This document shows positions 32,788 through 45,100 of a stretch of DNA of 64,000 nucleotides, in pieces. How positions within the stretch are numbered: the stretch's first letter is position 1; every line of letters begins with the position of its first letter. Position numbers and translations under genes: made by a program. Source of the stretch: Alphaproteobacteria bacterium (GTDB lineage: Bacteria > Pseudomonadota > Alphaproteobacteria > SP197); assembly GCA_964291265.2 (NCBI GenBank), contig OZ219747.1:704001-768000 (forward strand), written 5' to 3'. The notes beneath the pieces were generated by a model. It ran no database searches, was not told the origin of the DNA, and saw nothing but the letters and a program-made list of their open reading frames with translations.

Positions 32788-32815
32788 CACAACATGCTGG
32801 ATTCAGGGATTTTAC

Positions 32816-34807
32816 ATGACAGAGACACCGTTTCCCAGTGTATTCCGCCCGGTGACGCTGCGCGGGCATGAACTGAAGAACCGCATCGTTTTCGGCGCCC
32901 ATACCGCCAACATGTCCGAAGATGGCCTGCCACGCGACAGGCACTTCGGATACTACCGGGAGCGCGCCCGGGGCGGGGCGGCGATGATCGTTGTCGAACC
33001 GTCGCCACCGCACCCGACCGCCATCCTCACCCGGGGCAACTTCCTTGCCGAGGACGTCATCATTCCGCATTTCCGCAAGGTGACCGATGCCTGCCACGAA
33101 CACGGCACCGTCATGTGCCACCAGATCTACCATGTCGGAGCCCACGGTGATCAGGACAATTCCTGGTCCGCCTACTGGTCCCCCTCGGGCCAGGTGAGTC
33201 ATCACGACCCCTGGGGCAGCCACGTGATGACGGATCAGGAGATCGAGGAACTTGTCGACGCCTTCGTCCGGCAGGCCGAGCGCGACCAGGCCTGCGGTTT
33301 CGATGGCGTCGATCTCTTCGCCGGCTACTCCTGCCTGATCGATCAGTTCTGGTCGCCCCTCACCAACCGCCGCGACGACCGCTGGGGCGGCAGCCTGGAG
33401 AACCGCCTGCGTTTCGTGACACGCATCGTCGAGGGCATCCGGCGAACCTGTGGAGAGGACTTCATCGTCGGCATGACCGTTTCGGGCGGCGAGCCCTATC
33501 CGGGCGGCCTGACCATGGCCGACAAGCAGGAGATCTTCGCGTGGCTCGATCAACGGGGTCTGTGCGACTACCTGTCCTGCGGGGCAGGAAGCTATCTCAA
33601 CCAGTTCTCGAAGATCGTGCCGAGCTTCCATTTCGCCACGCCCCTCGGCCCGGACGAGGCCGGAGAGATCAGGAGCGTTGTGACACACGCCCTGGTCACC
33701 GCCGAGGCGCGCGTGAAGACGCCGCAGCGCGCCGAGGAGGCGCTCGCCGCCGGCAAGTGCGATCTGGTCTCGATCGTCCGCGGCCAGATTGCCGACCCCC
33801 ACCTTGCCAACAAGGCCGCCAGCGGGCGGACGCAGGACATCCGTCCGTGCATCTCGTGCAACCAGCTGTGCATCGGCCGGCGCCTGCGCGACTACTGGAT
33901 CTCGTGCCTCGTCAATCCCTCGGTGGGACGCGAAACCCTGTGGGGTGGCGACACCGCGTCACCGGCGTCCAGCCCCCGCCACATCCTGATCGTCGGGGGC
34001 GGCCCGGCCGGTCTCGAGACGGCGAGGGTGGCGGCGATGCGCGGTCATCGCGTCACGCTTGTCGAGAAGGATGCCGAACTTGGCGGCCAGTTCCGCCTTG
34101 CGGCGGGTCAGCCTGAGAGGGGAGAGATCGGCGAGTTCCTGACCTGGTGCAGCCACCAGCTCGAGAAGCTCCAGGTGTGCGTCATTCTCAACACCGACAT
34201 GTCGGCCGAGGCCATCCGGGCGTTCGGGGCGGACGACGTGATCCTTGCGACAGGATCGGTCCCCACGCGAACGGGTTTCCAGCGCGCCTTTCCGCATGTC
34301 GAACGCCTGGAAGGGGTCGAGCAGGACAACGTCATGACGGTCCACGACATTCTTGAGGGCAAGGCGGTGCCGGGCGCCCGTGTTCTCCTGCTCGACGACA
34401 TCAACGGCTGGTGGCCCGCCTCCGGAACGGCTCTGCACCTCGCCCTGGCGCGCCACATGGTGACCGTGGTCACCGCGGCCGAGAAGGCAGCCGAGCAGCT
34501 CGACCTCTCGCGGACCGGAGACACCACCCGCGAGCGGTTCTGGAATCTCGGTGTCGAGGTCATCTGCGGTCATGCCCTGAGCGCATGGAGAGGCAGCACC
34601 GCCACGCTCATGAACCTCTACACCGGAGACACCGAGGAACGCGACTTCGACAGCCTTGTTCTCGCCACCACCAACACGGTGGAAGACAGCCTGCGCCGCG
34701 CACTGGCGGAGGACGATCTGCGGATTCACGACCTCGGCGATGCCGTCGCCGCCCGCACGGCCTCGATGGCCATCTTCGAGGCCCGCACCCTGGCCATGAA
34801 CCTGTAG
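32816..34807 (+). CDS. NADH:flavin oxidoreductase (OYE barrel, 4Fe-4S, FAD domain)
   Basis: ERARGG, QFWSP.TNRRDD.WGGSLENR, CISCNQLC, GGGPAG. Confidence 0.9.
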   Translation: MTETPFPSVFRPVTLRGHELKNRIVFGAHTANMSEDGLPRDRHFGYYRERARGGAAMIVVEPSPPHPTAILTRGNFLAEDVIIPHFRKVTDACHEHGTVMCHQIYHVGAHGDQDNSWSAYWSPSGQVSHHDPWGSHVMTDQEIEELVDAFVRQAERDQACGFDGVDLFAGYSCLIDQFWSPLTNRRDDRWGGSLENRLRFVTRIVEGIRRTCGEDFIVGMTVSGGEPYPGGLTMADKQEIFAWLDQRGLCDYLSCGAGSYLNQFSKIVPSFHFATPLGPDEAGEIRSVVTHALVTAEARVKTPQRAEEALAAGKCDLVSIVRGQIADPHLANKAASGRTQDIRPCISCNQLCIGRRLRDYWISCLVNPSVGRETLWGGDTASPASSPRHILIVGGGPAGLETARVAAMRGHRVTLVEKDAELGGQFRLAAGQPERGEIGEFLTWCSHQLEKLQVCVILNTDMSAEAIRAFGADDVILATGSVPTRTGFQRAFPHVERLEGVEQDNVMTVHDILEGKAVPGARVLLLDDINGWWPASGTALHLALARHMVTVVTAAEKAAEQLDLSRTGDTTRERFWNLGVEVICGHALSAWRGSTATLMNLYTGDTEERDFDSLVLATTNTVEDSLRRALAEDDLRIHDLGDAVAARTASMAIFEARTLAMNL

Positions 34808-34914
34808 GTCTGCTTGCATCACCGATCTCTGAGTACCCTGTGACGACACCTGCCGCCGGAGACGGTCTTCCATGACGACCCTGCAAGCGGGGTCCGCTGA
34901 AGGCCGCCTGCGAC

Positions 34915-37261
34915 CTTTCAAAGGGTCGGACTTGTATAGGTGATTCGTTTCGTGCATGCTGCGTGCATGCAGGTTGGTCTCCGCCATTTCGATTCGCAGA
35001 CGCTTGACTGGTTTGCCGGCGCGTTGCGCTCCGCCGACGCCACCCGTCACGGTCTGGCACGCGAGCTTTGCGAGCGCACCGGCTGGCGCAACGCGCTCGG
35101 CCGTCCGTGCCTGTCGGCGGCGGCGAAGGTGCTGCCGGCGCTCGCCGAGCGCGTGGGGTTGGAGCTTCCGCCGCCGCGGAGCGTGCCCGATCCGACCGTC
35201 GTGCCCGCCGTCCCGGCCGGTGACGTCCCCGACACCAAGCTGGTCTGCCTGCTGGAGGATCTCGGCCCGGTCTCGCTCGAACCGGTGGGCGACGCCGACG
35301 ATCGCCGTCTCTGGGAGGCGATGATGGCGACGCACCACCCGCTGGGATGGACGCGCTCGCCCGGCGGCCAGGTGCGCTACTGGATCCGCTCGCAGCGCCA
35401 CGGCACCCTCGGCGGGATCGGCTTCGGGTCCGCGACCTGGCAGTTGCGGGCGCGGGATGAGTGGATCGCATGGTCCGCCGACGCCCGTGCCGCCAACATC
35501 GAGCGTGTGATCTGCGGTCATCGGTTTCTCCTGCTTCCCGGCGTTCGGGTCTACGGACTGGCCTCCCGGGTCCTGCGCATGGCGGCGGAGCGCATCGCCG
35601 ACGATTGGGAGGCCCGCTACGCGGTGCGCCCGGTGGCGGCCTACACTCATGTCGGTGCGGAGCACAGCGGCTATTGCTACCACTGCGCCGGCTGGACCGT
35701 GGCCGGGCGGACCAGCGGGCGCCGCGGCGAGGTTGGCACGGTGCGGGTCCTGGCCCTGGAGAGCAGCTGGCGGACGGTGCTCCACGGGACACAGCGCCGT
35801 CCACTCGGCGCCCTCGCGGGCGTCTATGACGGCACTGACGCGGACTGGGCGGAGCGGGAGTACGGACGCACGCGCCATACCGACGGTCGGGTGCGGCGAC
35901 GCATCGTTGACATGGGCCGGGCCTGGATGAAGAACATGGGGGAGGACCTGCCGATCATCTTTCCCGAGAAGGCGGAGCAGAAGGCCGCTTATCGGTTGCT
36001 GTTGAACCCGAGGGTATCCATGGAGCACGTTCTGGAAGCGCATGTTGAGGCGACCGTGGAGCGTTGTCGGACAGAGCCTCTTGTCCTGGCGATACAGGAC
36101 ACGACGGCGATCAACTACAGCGGCCTGGAGGCCACGAAGGGTCTGGACAAGCTCGGCGGCGGCGGCAAGGGGAGCGTCGGCATCCTCGCCCACGCCGGTC
36201 TGGCGGTGACGTCGGAGGGCCGGCCGCTGGGCCTGTTCACGATGGATGCGGCCTTTCGGCAGGAGCCTGGGGAGGACAGTCAGCGCTGGGTCACCGGGCT
36301 CGAGCGGGCCCGGGAGCTCGCGGCGGCCTGCCCGGACACGCGTGTCGTCTCGGTCTGCGACCGCGAGGGCGACTTCTGGGAACTGCTCGCCCATGCCGCG
36401 GACGCCGGGGCCGCGCTGCTGGTGCGTGCGAGCCGTTCGGCGAAACAGCGCGTGCGGACGCCCGACGGCAAAAAGAAGTGCCTGTGGAAGCATGTCGCGG
36501 CCCGGCCGCTGGTCGCGGTGACGGAGCTGACGATCCCGGCCGCTGGCGGCCCGCGCGCCCGCAAGGAGCGCGTCGCCCGTCTCGAGATCCGCACGGCACA
36601 GGTCGAGGTGGCGCCGCCGCAAAAAGAGCGCGACGCGGAGCCTGTGTCCATGTTCGCGGTCTCGGCCAGCGAGGCCGGAACCGGTGACGGCGACGAGGCC
36701 CTGCACTGGCTGCTGATGACCACCGAGCGCCCGGCACCAGGGGAGGCCGAGGCCGTGCACGCGGCGACCGTCCTGGGCTGGTACCGGACGCGATGGAGCA
36801 TCGAGACCTGGTTCCGCACGCTGAAGACCGGGACCCGGATCAAGGACCGCCGGCTCGACAGGGCCGACGACCTGAAGACGTGCCTTGCCTTCGACGCCGT
36901 CACCGCCGTCCATGTTGCCGACCTGACCGTGCTTGCGCGCGAGCGTCCCTTGACCCCGGCGAGCGAGGTGTTTGCCGAGGAGGACATCGACCTGCTCCGC
37001 ACGCTGCTGGAATCCCAGGGTCACCGGGAGGTCCGGGCGATGGGCGATGTCCGTGCCGTCGTCATCGGCCTTGGGCGCCTCGTCGGGTGGCATCCCACGC
37101 CGCGCCAGACGCTCCCGGGAGCGAAGAAGCTCTGGCAGGGTCTCGAAAGGCTGAACTGGGCGATCCAGGTGCGTGACGCACTTGGCGCAAGAAGGCGGCG
37201 CGAAGCACTCGGTGAGAGAAGGCGGGAGTAACATCCCTATACACGCGTGGGTGATTGAAAG
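34915..37261 (+). mobile_element. IS4-family element with DUF4338-fused transposase (2347 bp)
   Basis: Both ends read CTTTCAA-N11-TGTATAGG inward; 9-bp TSD GCCTGCGAC at 34906-34914 and 37262-37270. Confidence 0.92.
34967..37231 (+). CDS. DUF4338 (DruA-like) domain fused to IS4/IS50-type DDE transposase
   Basis: N-half RDEWIAWS..RFLLLP..LASRVL..DW..G.T.GR; C-half AIQDTT, VCDREGD, YRTRWSIETWFRTLKTG. Confidence 0.9.
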   Translation: MQVGLRHFDSQTLDWFAGALRSADATRHGLARELCERTGWRNALGRPCLSAAAKVLPALAERVGLELPPPRSVPDPTVVPAVPAGDVPDTKLVCLLEDLGPVSLEPVGDADDRRLWEAMMATHHPLGWTRSPGGQVRYWIRSQRHGTLGGIGFGSATWQLRARDEWIAWSADARAANIERVICGHRFLLLPGVRVYGLASRVLRMAAERIADDWEARYAVRPVAAYTHVGAEHSGYCYHCAGWTVAGRTSGRRGEVGTVRVLALESSWRTVLHGTQRRPLGALAGVYDGTDADWAEREYGRTRHTDGRVRRRIVDMGRAWMKNMGEDLPIIFPEKAEQKAAYRLLLNPRVSMEHVLEAHVEATVERCRTEPLVLAIQDTTAINYSGLEATKGLDKLGGGGKGSVGILAHAGLAVTSEGRPLGLFTMDAAFRQEPGEDSQRWVTGLERARELAAACPDTRVVSVCDREGDFWELLAHAADAGAALLVRASRSAKQRVRTPDGKKKCLWKHVAARPLVAVTELTIPAAGGPRARKERVARLEIRTAQVEVAPPQKERDAEPVSMFAVSASEAGTGDGDEALHWLLMTTERPAPGEAEAVHAATVLGWYRTRWSIETWFRTLKTGTRIKDRRLDRADDLKTCLAFDAVTAVHVADLTVLARERPLTPASEVFAEEDIDLLRTLLESQGHREVRAMGDVRAVVIGLGRLVGWHPTPRQTLPGAKKLWQGLERLNWAIQVRDALGARRRREALGERRRE

Positions 37262-37329
37262 GCCTGCGACCTCGCCAACCGGTCCGGATGCGGACATCTC
37301 CGGCGAGGCGAGGTCGGCCGAGGTCCATC

Positions 37330-38075
37330 GCGGCAGGGACGCAAGCAGGCCGCCCTGCCTCGTCACCGAAGCCGTGCCGAGTGTCTTGAAGATGCGCCGG
37401 TAGAGTGCGATGTCGTGCGTGATCACGGGTTTCCCGAGCATGGCCCCGAGTTCGGGCGCCGGCCCCGCAGAACCTCCTCGTCACACCGTCCGATGCCCGC
37501 GGGCACTGGGCCGTGCCATGGGCGAGGCGGGCGCCAACGAGGGGCGCCTTGTCAGCCACGAAGGCCTTGGCTCGCTCGTCGAGGCGGATCACCTGGGCGT
37601 TGAGCTCCTCCTGGCTGGCGAACCAGCCCTGGTCGACGAAGTTGCCGGCCCACACGACATCGAAGCCCGCCTCGCGCAAGAAGCCCACGGTCCCCTGCCG
37701 CCAATCGGACCGGTGGCAGGCGGCATGGAGCACCACCTTCTCGACGTTGGCCGCGCACCCCGACATGTGGAACGCCGTCGCAGAGGCCTCGCTCAGCCGC
37801 TCGATCCAACGGCGGATGCCTTCGACCCCCAGGTTCGGGGCCTGAACCCAGTTCGAGCCGACCTGGGCGCAGATGTCGGCGCCGGCGCTCGCCGCGCACT
37901 CGACCTCCTCCTCCAGAAAGCGCGAAGTTCCGCAGGCGCCAGGTCGAGACGGTGTTCGTAGTCAGGTATGTGCAGCACGCGGCCATGGACTCCAACCGTG
38001 TCGGGCCTTGGCGAATGAAGTCCGTGGGCGGACAGGTGAAGACGATCTGGCGGGTATGGAGCTTGTTGCACGGGC
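37330..38075 (-). pseudogene. Degenerate maleate isomerase / arylmalonate decarboxylase-family gene
   Basis: GADICAQVGSNW, GFLREAGFDVV, LGKPVITHDIALY spread over several frames; boundaries approximate. Confidence 0.6.
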
Positions 38076-38629
38076 TTCGTGTACCTTGGCAACCCCGTAC
38101 CTCCTTCACCCGATGAGCCATACGGATCCGGCGGGGCCCACGAGGAGCATGGCCGGCCGGCACCGGGCCGCCACCTCATGCGGTGTCCGCAGGCCGTTGC
38201 GCACCGGGCCGATTGACGCTGCAGGATGGTGACGATCAGTGACGGGTCGGGTGCAGCAGCGTGATTCGTGCTGTTCAGCCCGCTCCTTCCTGACACCATG
38301 GCGTCGGCATGTGCCATCTTGAAGAGACGAGGAAGAACGCCACGACATTCGCCAGAGGATGTGCCTCAGGACTGCTCGCCGCAGGAACCGGCCGTTCATT
38401 GTCGCGTCGCGCCTGACCAGGCGATGCTCCGCGATCACACATATGGACGAAACGCCCTTCAGCGGCGCCTCGACGATCACGACTTCCATTGTCAGAAGCA
38501 GCAGTGGGCCCGTCGCCCGAGGGACGATCCTCAGCAGACAAGAGCTTCTGTGTCCTGAGAGAGCTCGGCCGCCGGCACTGACTGAACTCGGACGGGATCC
38601 GTACTTCCGCAAGTCCCTCGGGTGACACG

Positions 38630-38940
38630 CTGTTCTCGACTTCGAGGAGACGTGTGGATGGTGCCATCGAGGAAGGTGGTGTCGGGAATTCCCTCGAGGC
38701 CGAAACGGGCGCCAGGCACAGCACCTGCAATGGCGCCGCTGGTATCGATATCACCACCCGCCTCGATCACCTGACACAGCTCCTGTTCGAAGTTCTCCCC
38801 CTGCCAACAGGAAATCAGCGGTGCCAGGAGAGACAACAGCGTGTACCCCATGTCGCAACCGTCAAATCCCGGGTCATCCAGGGCTGTGATCGACGCCTCG
38901 TCAACCGCCTCCACCACACTCGCCTCCACCACACTGTGTG
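38630..38940 (-). pseudogene. ADP-ribosylglycohydrolase C-terminal remnant
   Basis: MGYTL..FEQELCQVIEAGGDIDTSGAIAGAVPGARFGLEGIP matches the GGDTDT.GA.AGA..GA..G...IP motif. Confidence 0.75.
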
Positions 38941-39138
38941 TTGCGGCCCGCCTGCGGATGGGTTACGGATTGCACTGACGGGTTCGCTGCGGTCGTGCGG
39001 GCGCGGCGGCCCGGATTTCGTGACGAACGGGAGGGTGCGGTCATGACGCGGACGCCAGGCGATGTCGGGGTGCATGACCTGCGGCTCTGCGGGCGGGGCG
39101 TGAGCACCTCACGCACGCGCGAACCCCAGAACTTCGTA

Positions 39139-39151
39139 CCCCCCCCCCCCC
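39139..39151 (+). repeat. C13 homopolymer in the autotransporter leader
   Basis: 13 consecutive C between ATG 39043 (RBS GGGAGG) and the main ORF. Confidence 0.9.
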
Positions 39152-39179
39152 TCAAGACTCCGGGCGCGGGGCTGAGCCG

Positions 39180-42100
39180 GTGGGCGCCTTCGGGAGACCC
39201 GCCCGCCGCCTGAAGGCGGGACTCGCCGCCCTCTTCCTCATTACGCTGGCCGCTGCCCTCGCGCCACAAGTCGCGCAGGCGCAAGTGACCGTTACCCTCA
39301 CCGCCACGCCGGGGCCGGGGCAGGTGACACTCACATGGACCACTTCTTCGCCGACGCCAGCCGGGTTCCTTGTTACAAGACTCTCTCATAGACCCGCCGG
39401 TGGAAGCTACCAGAGTAAGACACTGACTAGCGCGAACTCCGGCAGCTACACGCTGACCGGGTTGACACCTGGCACGTCCTACGACTTCTTTCTCAGCAAT
39501 AACTGGTCCGGTCATGGCCAGGTGGATTCGAATACAGTTTCCGCGACCCCGACGGCGGTCACGACGCTCGCCGCGCCGACGAGCCTGACGGCGACGCCCG
39601 GCGGCCCCGCGCAGGTGTTGCTGACGTGGACCAAGCCGACTGGCACGATCACCGGCTACAAGCTGCGCTACGCCAAGACGCCGTCAAAGGCCAGCGCCAC
39701 CTGGGGTACCATGACGGGTTCGGGCGCGAACACCGTGAGGCACATGGTGACGGGCCTGGACAATGGCAGCGAATACAGTTTCATGATCCGTGCGGTGAAC
39801 GCCTCCGGCGACGGCGCCGCCACGGACTGGGTGACGGCGACGCCTGCGAACAGCTGCCCTGGCGTGGGAGCACCGACGAACCTGAGCCTTGCGCCGCGTT
39901 CGGACGGGTTTGCCGTCACCTGGACGGCGCCGACCGATGTACTCCGCAACGGCTGGGAATTGTCTTACAAGAAGACCGGGGGCAGTTCGACCTCTGTCAC
40001 GATCTCGAATGCCGCCGCGACCAGCCACACGCTGACCGGCCTGGAGGCCGGCACCGAATACGAGATCGCTCTTCAAGCAACGCATCCTTTCAATCCCGAT
40101 CCTACTGCGTCATGTCCTCCAGGCTCCCGCGCAAAAGCCACCGGCACGACCACGGCCGCTGCCACCGCCGGGGTGACGATCTCGCCGACATCGCTGACGG
40201 TGGAAGAGGGGAGCAGCGAGACCTACACGGTGAAGCTGGACAAGGCGCCCTCGGCGAACGTGACGATCACGGTGGGCGGCGCATCGGGCGAGGTGACGGT
40301 GGCGGGTTCACCGTTGACCTTCACGCCAAGCAACTTCAGCACCGCGCAGACGATCACGGTGCGTGCCGCAGCCGACGACGACACGCTGGACGACACGGCG
40401 ACGCTGACGCACGCGGCGTCGAGCACCGACACGGACTACGGCGCCTCGCTCGACATCGACGATGTGGACGTGACGGTGACGGACACGACGCCGATCCTGC
40501 AGCTTCTGACCGACCCGGCGGCGGTGACCGAGGGGACGGCGATCAGCCTGACGGTGACCTCCGACAAGGCGCAGACGGGGGACCTGACGGTGAGCATGGT
40601 GCTGTCGGACCGTGGTTCGAGCGGTTTCGATGCGGACGACATTACCGGCACGCTGGGCCCGCGCGCCTTCATCGTGGCTTTTGGCAACACTGCCAGCACG
40701 ACGGGCACGGTGACCATCCCGACCAGCACCGATTCGACTGTGGAGGGCGCGGAGACCTACCGCATCACGCTGGAAGGCGGTGCCGGCACCTACAAGGTCG
40801 GCACCGATGCGACCGCCGACGGCACGCTGAACGACGGCACGACCGCTTCCGTTCCAGCCGCACCGGCGGGCCTGTCGGCGGAGGCGGGCAACGCGCAGGT
40901 GAAGCTGACGTGGACCGATCCGGACGACGATTCGATCACGCGGTATCGGGTGCAGCAGAGGAAGGGGACCGCCGCCTGGGGCAGTTGGACCGCGATTCCC
41001 GGTTCGGACGCCGACACGGTGAGCTACACGGTGACGGGTCTGACGAACGACAGCGAGTACCGCTTCCGCATCCGGGCGCGGAACAGCGGCGGCAACGGCG
41101 CCGCGTCGGCGGTGGTGGAGGCGACGCCGTCGGCGTCGGCGGCGGTTCCCAAGCCGGTGCTGAGCGCCGAAGCGGGTTACGCCAGGGTCACCCTGAGCTG
41201 GAGCGCGCTGTCGGGTGTGACGGTAGCGAGCTGGGGCTATCAGTACAAGCCCGCGGGCGGCAGCTGGATCAGGACCCGGACGGTCACGGGCGGCAGCACG
41301 ACGAGCACCACGGTGACGGGACTGACGATCGGCACGGAATACACGTTCCGGCTGTTTGCGGCAGTCAGTCCCGGGGTGCAGTCGGTGTGGTCGGACCAGG
41401 TGAAGGCGACGCCGACGAATACGGTTCCCAAGCCGGTTCTGACGGCGGCAGGGGGCGATGCCTCGGTCACCCTGAGCTGGAGCGCCTTGACGGGCATTCC
41501 GATCACGAGCTGGGGCTATCAGTACAAGAGCACGGGCGGCTGGAGCACGACCACGACGCTCACGGGCGCAAGCAGGACGAGCGTCCGGGTGACGGGTCTG
41601 ACGAAGGGCACGGACTACACGTTCCGCCTGTTCGCGGCGGTCCGTCCCGGGGAGCAGTCGGTGTGGTCGGATCAGGTGACGGCTAAGACCGATCCGGCGG
41701 CCCCGGTGCTGACGGCGGCGACTTCGACGACGAACGGGCAGATCGACCTGACCTGGACCCATGCCGGCGGCTCGAACGAGTTATCGGATGCGGACGACTA
41801 TGTGAAAGACGCGGCCAAGTTCCATTGGTGGAGAGCGCAGACCCGGCTGAAGGGGGCAAGCACCTGGACGGATCACAGTCTCAACCAGGCGAGTGCCAGA
41901 CAGAATCCGGGCTCTCGCAACAATCGGCTTCTGCTGAACTATCCTGACGGGGCATCGGTCGAGGTCCGGGTTCGGGCGACGGGCTATCGCATGGCGGGGG
42001 TCGCCGGGGGAACGGGTAACCTTCAGGGTCCCTGGTCGAACATCCGTACGGTGACCTTCAAGGACGACACCACGGCGGCGCTCACGCTGACCGGGACGCC

Positions 42101-45100
42101 GGTGACGGTGGCGCCCGGTTCCACGGCGACCTACACGGTGGCGCTGACGAAGGCCTATGCGGGGACACTGCGGGTGACGAGCGACGACACGGCGGCGGCG
42201 CGGGTCAGTCCGGCGAGCCTGACCTTCACCACCAGCAACTACAGCACGGCGCGGACGGTGACGGTGACCGGGGTGGCGAACGGCACGGCGGTGATCAACC
42301 ACGCCTTCCGTCTGACGGGAGCTTCTGCGGATGCGATTCCCGACGCGGGCACGGTGGACGTGACGGTGGCCGATACGCCGGGGGTGACGGTGTCGACGGC
42401 GGCGCTGACGGTGGCGGAAGGCGGCAGCAGGACGTACACGATGCGGCTGAACACGCCGCCGACATCGGATGTGACGATCACGGTGGCGGGCGCGTCGGGG
42501 GACGTGACGGTGACGGGCGCGTCGCTGACCTTCACCAGAGCCAACTGGAACCAGCCGCAGACGGTGACGGTGAACGCAGGCACGGACACGGACACGACGA
42601 CGGACGCCGCCGTAACGCTGACCCACAGCGCGTCTGGCGGCGGCTACGCCTCGGTGACCATCGCCTCTGTGGTGGTGAGCGTGGCGGAGAAGGATGTGGC
42701 GCCCGGGAAGCCGGCCGGCCTTGCCGGCGCGGCGGGCAACGCTTCGGTGACGCTGAGCTGGACCGACCCGGACAATCCGACCATCACCAAGTGGCAGGTG
42801 CGGCGGAAGGCCGGCAGCGACGACTGGGGCGCGTGGGAGGACATTCCCGGCTCCGCTGCGGGCACCACCAGCTACGAGGTGAGCGGTCTGACGAACGGCA
42901 CTGCCTACCAGTTCGAGGTGCGCGCGGTGAACGGGGCCGGCAACGGCGCCGGTCCGGATGCGCCGGTGACGGCGACGCCGGCGGCGCCGGTGGCGCCCGG
43001 CGGAGGCGGCGGTGGCGGTGGCGGAGGCGGCACGACGCCCACCGCAGACGCAAGCGTGACGGTGACACCGACCGCGCTGACGGTGGCGGAGGGGAGCAGT
43101 GCGGCCTACACGGTGGTGCTGGACACGGAACCCTCGGGCGAGGTCACGGTGACGGTGGGCGGCGCTTCGGGCGAGGTGACGGTGGAACCGGCGAGCCTGA
43201 CCTTCACCACGGCCAACTGGGACACGGCGCAACGGGTGACGGTGCGCGCGGCCCGTGACGAGGACACGACCGACGACACGGCGACGCTGACCCATGGTGC
43301 GAGCGGCGGGGGCTACGCTTCGGTGACCATCGATTCGGTGGCGGTGACGGTGACGGACACGACGCTCTTGCCGGTGCTGACCCTGGCGCAGGATCCGGCG
43401 GCGGTGACCGAGGGCGAGGCCATCCGCCTCGTGGTGAGCGCCGACCGGGCGCTGACGGGCAGTCTGCGGGTGAGCCTGACCCTGGCGTCCCGGGACGGCG
43501 GCGGCTTCGATGCCGGTGACGTTCCGGGCGGTCTGGGTCCGCGTTCGTTCGATGCGGTGTTCGGCGCCGCGGGGCGGCGAACGGGCGTGGTGACGATCCC
43601 GACGGCGGCCGATGCGGATGCGGAAGGCGCGGAAGCCTACCGCATCACGCTGAACGATGCGGCGGACTACGTGGTGGGGAACGACGCCACGGCGCTTGGC
43701 GTTCTGCGCGACCGGGCGGCGGGGTCCATGGCAAGGTCGAACCGGGTGAATGCGGCGGTGCTGCCGCACGTGGCGGCGGCGGCGATGTCGCAGACCCTGG
43801 GGGCGGTGACGGGTCGCATCGAGGCGGTGGCCTCCGGCGAGGGGGGCGGCACGGTGCAGTTCGGCGCCCTGCCGTCACCGGTGGAGGACGCGTGGGCGTC
43901 GCCGCACCCGGAGGAGCCCGGCCCGAGCATGGCCGAGGTGCTGGACGGCGCCTCCTTCACCCTGGCGGCGGGCGCCGAGGGCGAGGCCTCCGCGCCGCCG
44001 CTGGCCGTGTGGGGCCGGGGCGCGTGGCTGTCGCTGTCGGGTTCGCAAGGCGGCGTGTCGTGGGACGGCGGCCTGTGGTCGGCGCAGCTGGGGGCGGACG
44101 TGCGCCTGCGCCCCGACCTTCTGGCCGGGGCGGCGCTCTCCCATGTGCGGGGCGAGCTGGACACGCAGACGGACCAGGTGAAGGGCGTCCACGAGACCAC
44201 GATCACGTCGGTGCATCCCTATGCGGCGTGGTTGCTGGCGGACGGCTCGACCCTGTGGGCGAGCCTCGGCTACGGGACCGGCGAGGTGCGGATTGCCGAG
44301 GAGGGGGCGCCGGTGCGCAGCACGGACCTGGCGCAGTGGAGCGCGGCGGCGGGCGCCCGCAGCGTCCTCATCGAGCATGCGGACCTCATCGAGGGCGGCA
44401 TGACGCGCCTTGCGGTCAAGGGCGAGGGCGCGCTGGCGCGCCTGCGCACGGGGTCCGATGACGGCCTGGCGGGGCTGACGGCGAGGACGACCCGCCTGCG
44501 GCTGCTGCTGGAGGGGTCGCACGAGCACGCGCTGGCAAGCGGTGCGACGCTGACCCCGGCCCTGGAGGCGGGGGTGCGCCATGACGCGGGCGACGCCGCC
44601 GAGGGGGCGGGCATCGAGGCCGGGGCGAGCGTGACATGGCGGGACCCGGCGGAGGGTCTGACGGCGGAGCTGCGCACGCGGCTCCTGGCGGCCCACGAGG
44701 CGGACCGTGACGAGTGGGGTGTGAGCGCCCTGGTGCGCCTCGACCCCGGGGCCGACGGGCTTGGAACCTTCCTCGCCTTCGGTCCCGCGCACGGGCGCAC
44801 GGAGAGTGATCTGGGAGAACTGTTCGACCACGGCCTGCCCGCGGCCGTCTCCGACACGACATCGGCAGAGGGCCGCCTGGAGGCGGAGGCGGGCCACGGC
44901 TTCGGCCTCGCCGGTCCGGGGCCTCTCGTGGTGCTCACCCCCTGGGCGGGCTTGAGCCTGGCGGAGACCGGCGGGCGCACCCTGCGGCTCGGCGCCCGCT
45001 ACCGCATGGGCGCGGGACTCTCCCTCGGCCTCGAGGGCGCGCACCGGCCGGGGCCGGTCAGCGAAGACAGCCTCATGCTGCGCGGCGCCCTCAACTGGTA

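Noticed and set aside
33959-37441. 1160-aa minus-strand ORF
   Set aside because: Antisense to the IS4 transposase and OYE gene, crossing both IS boundaries
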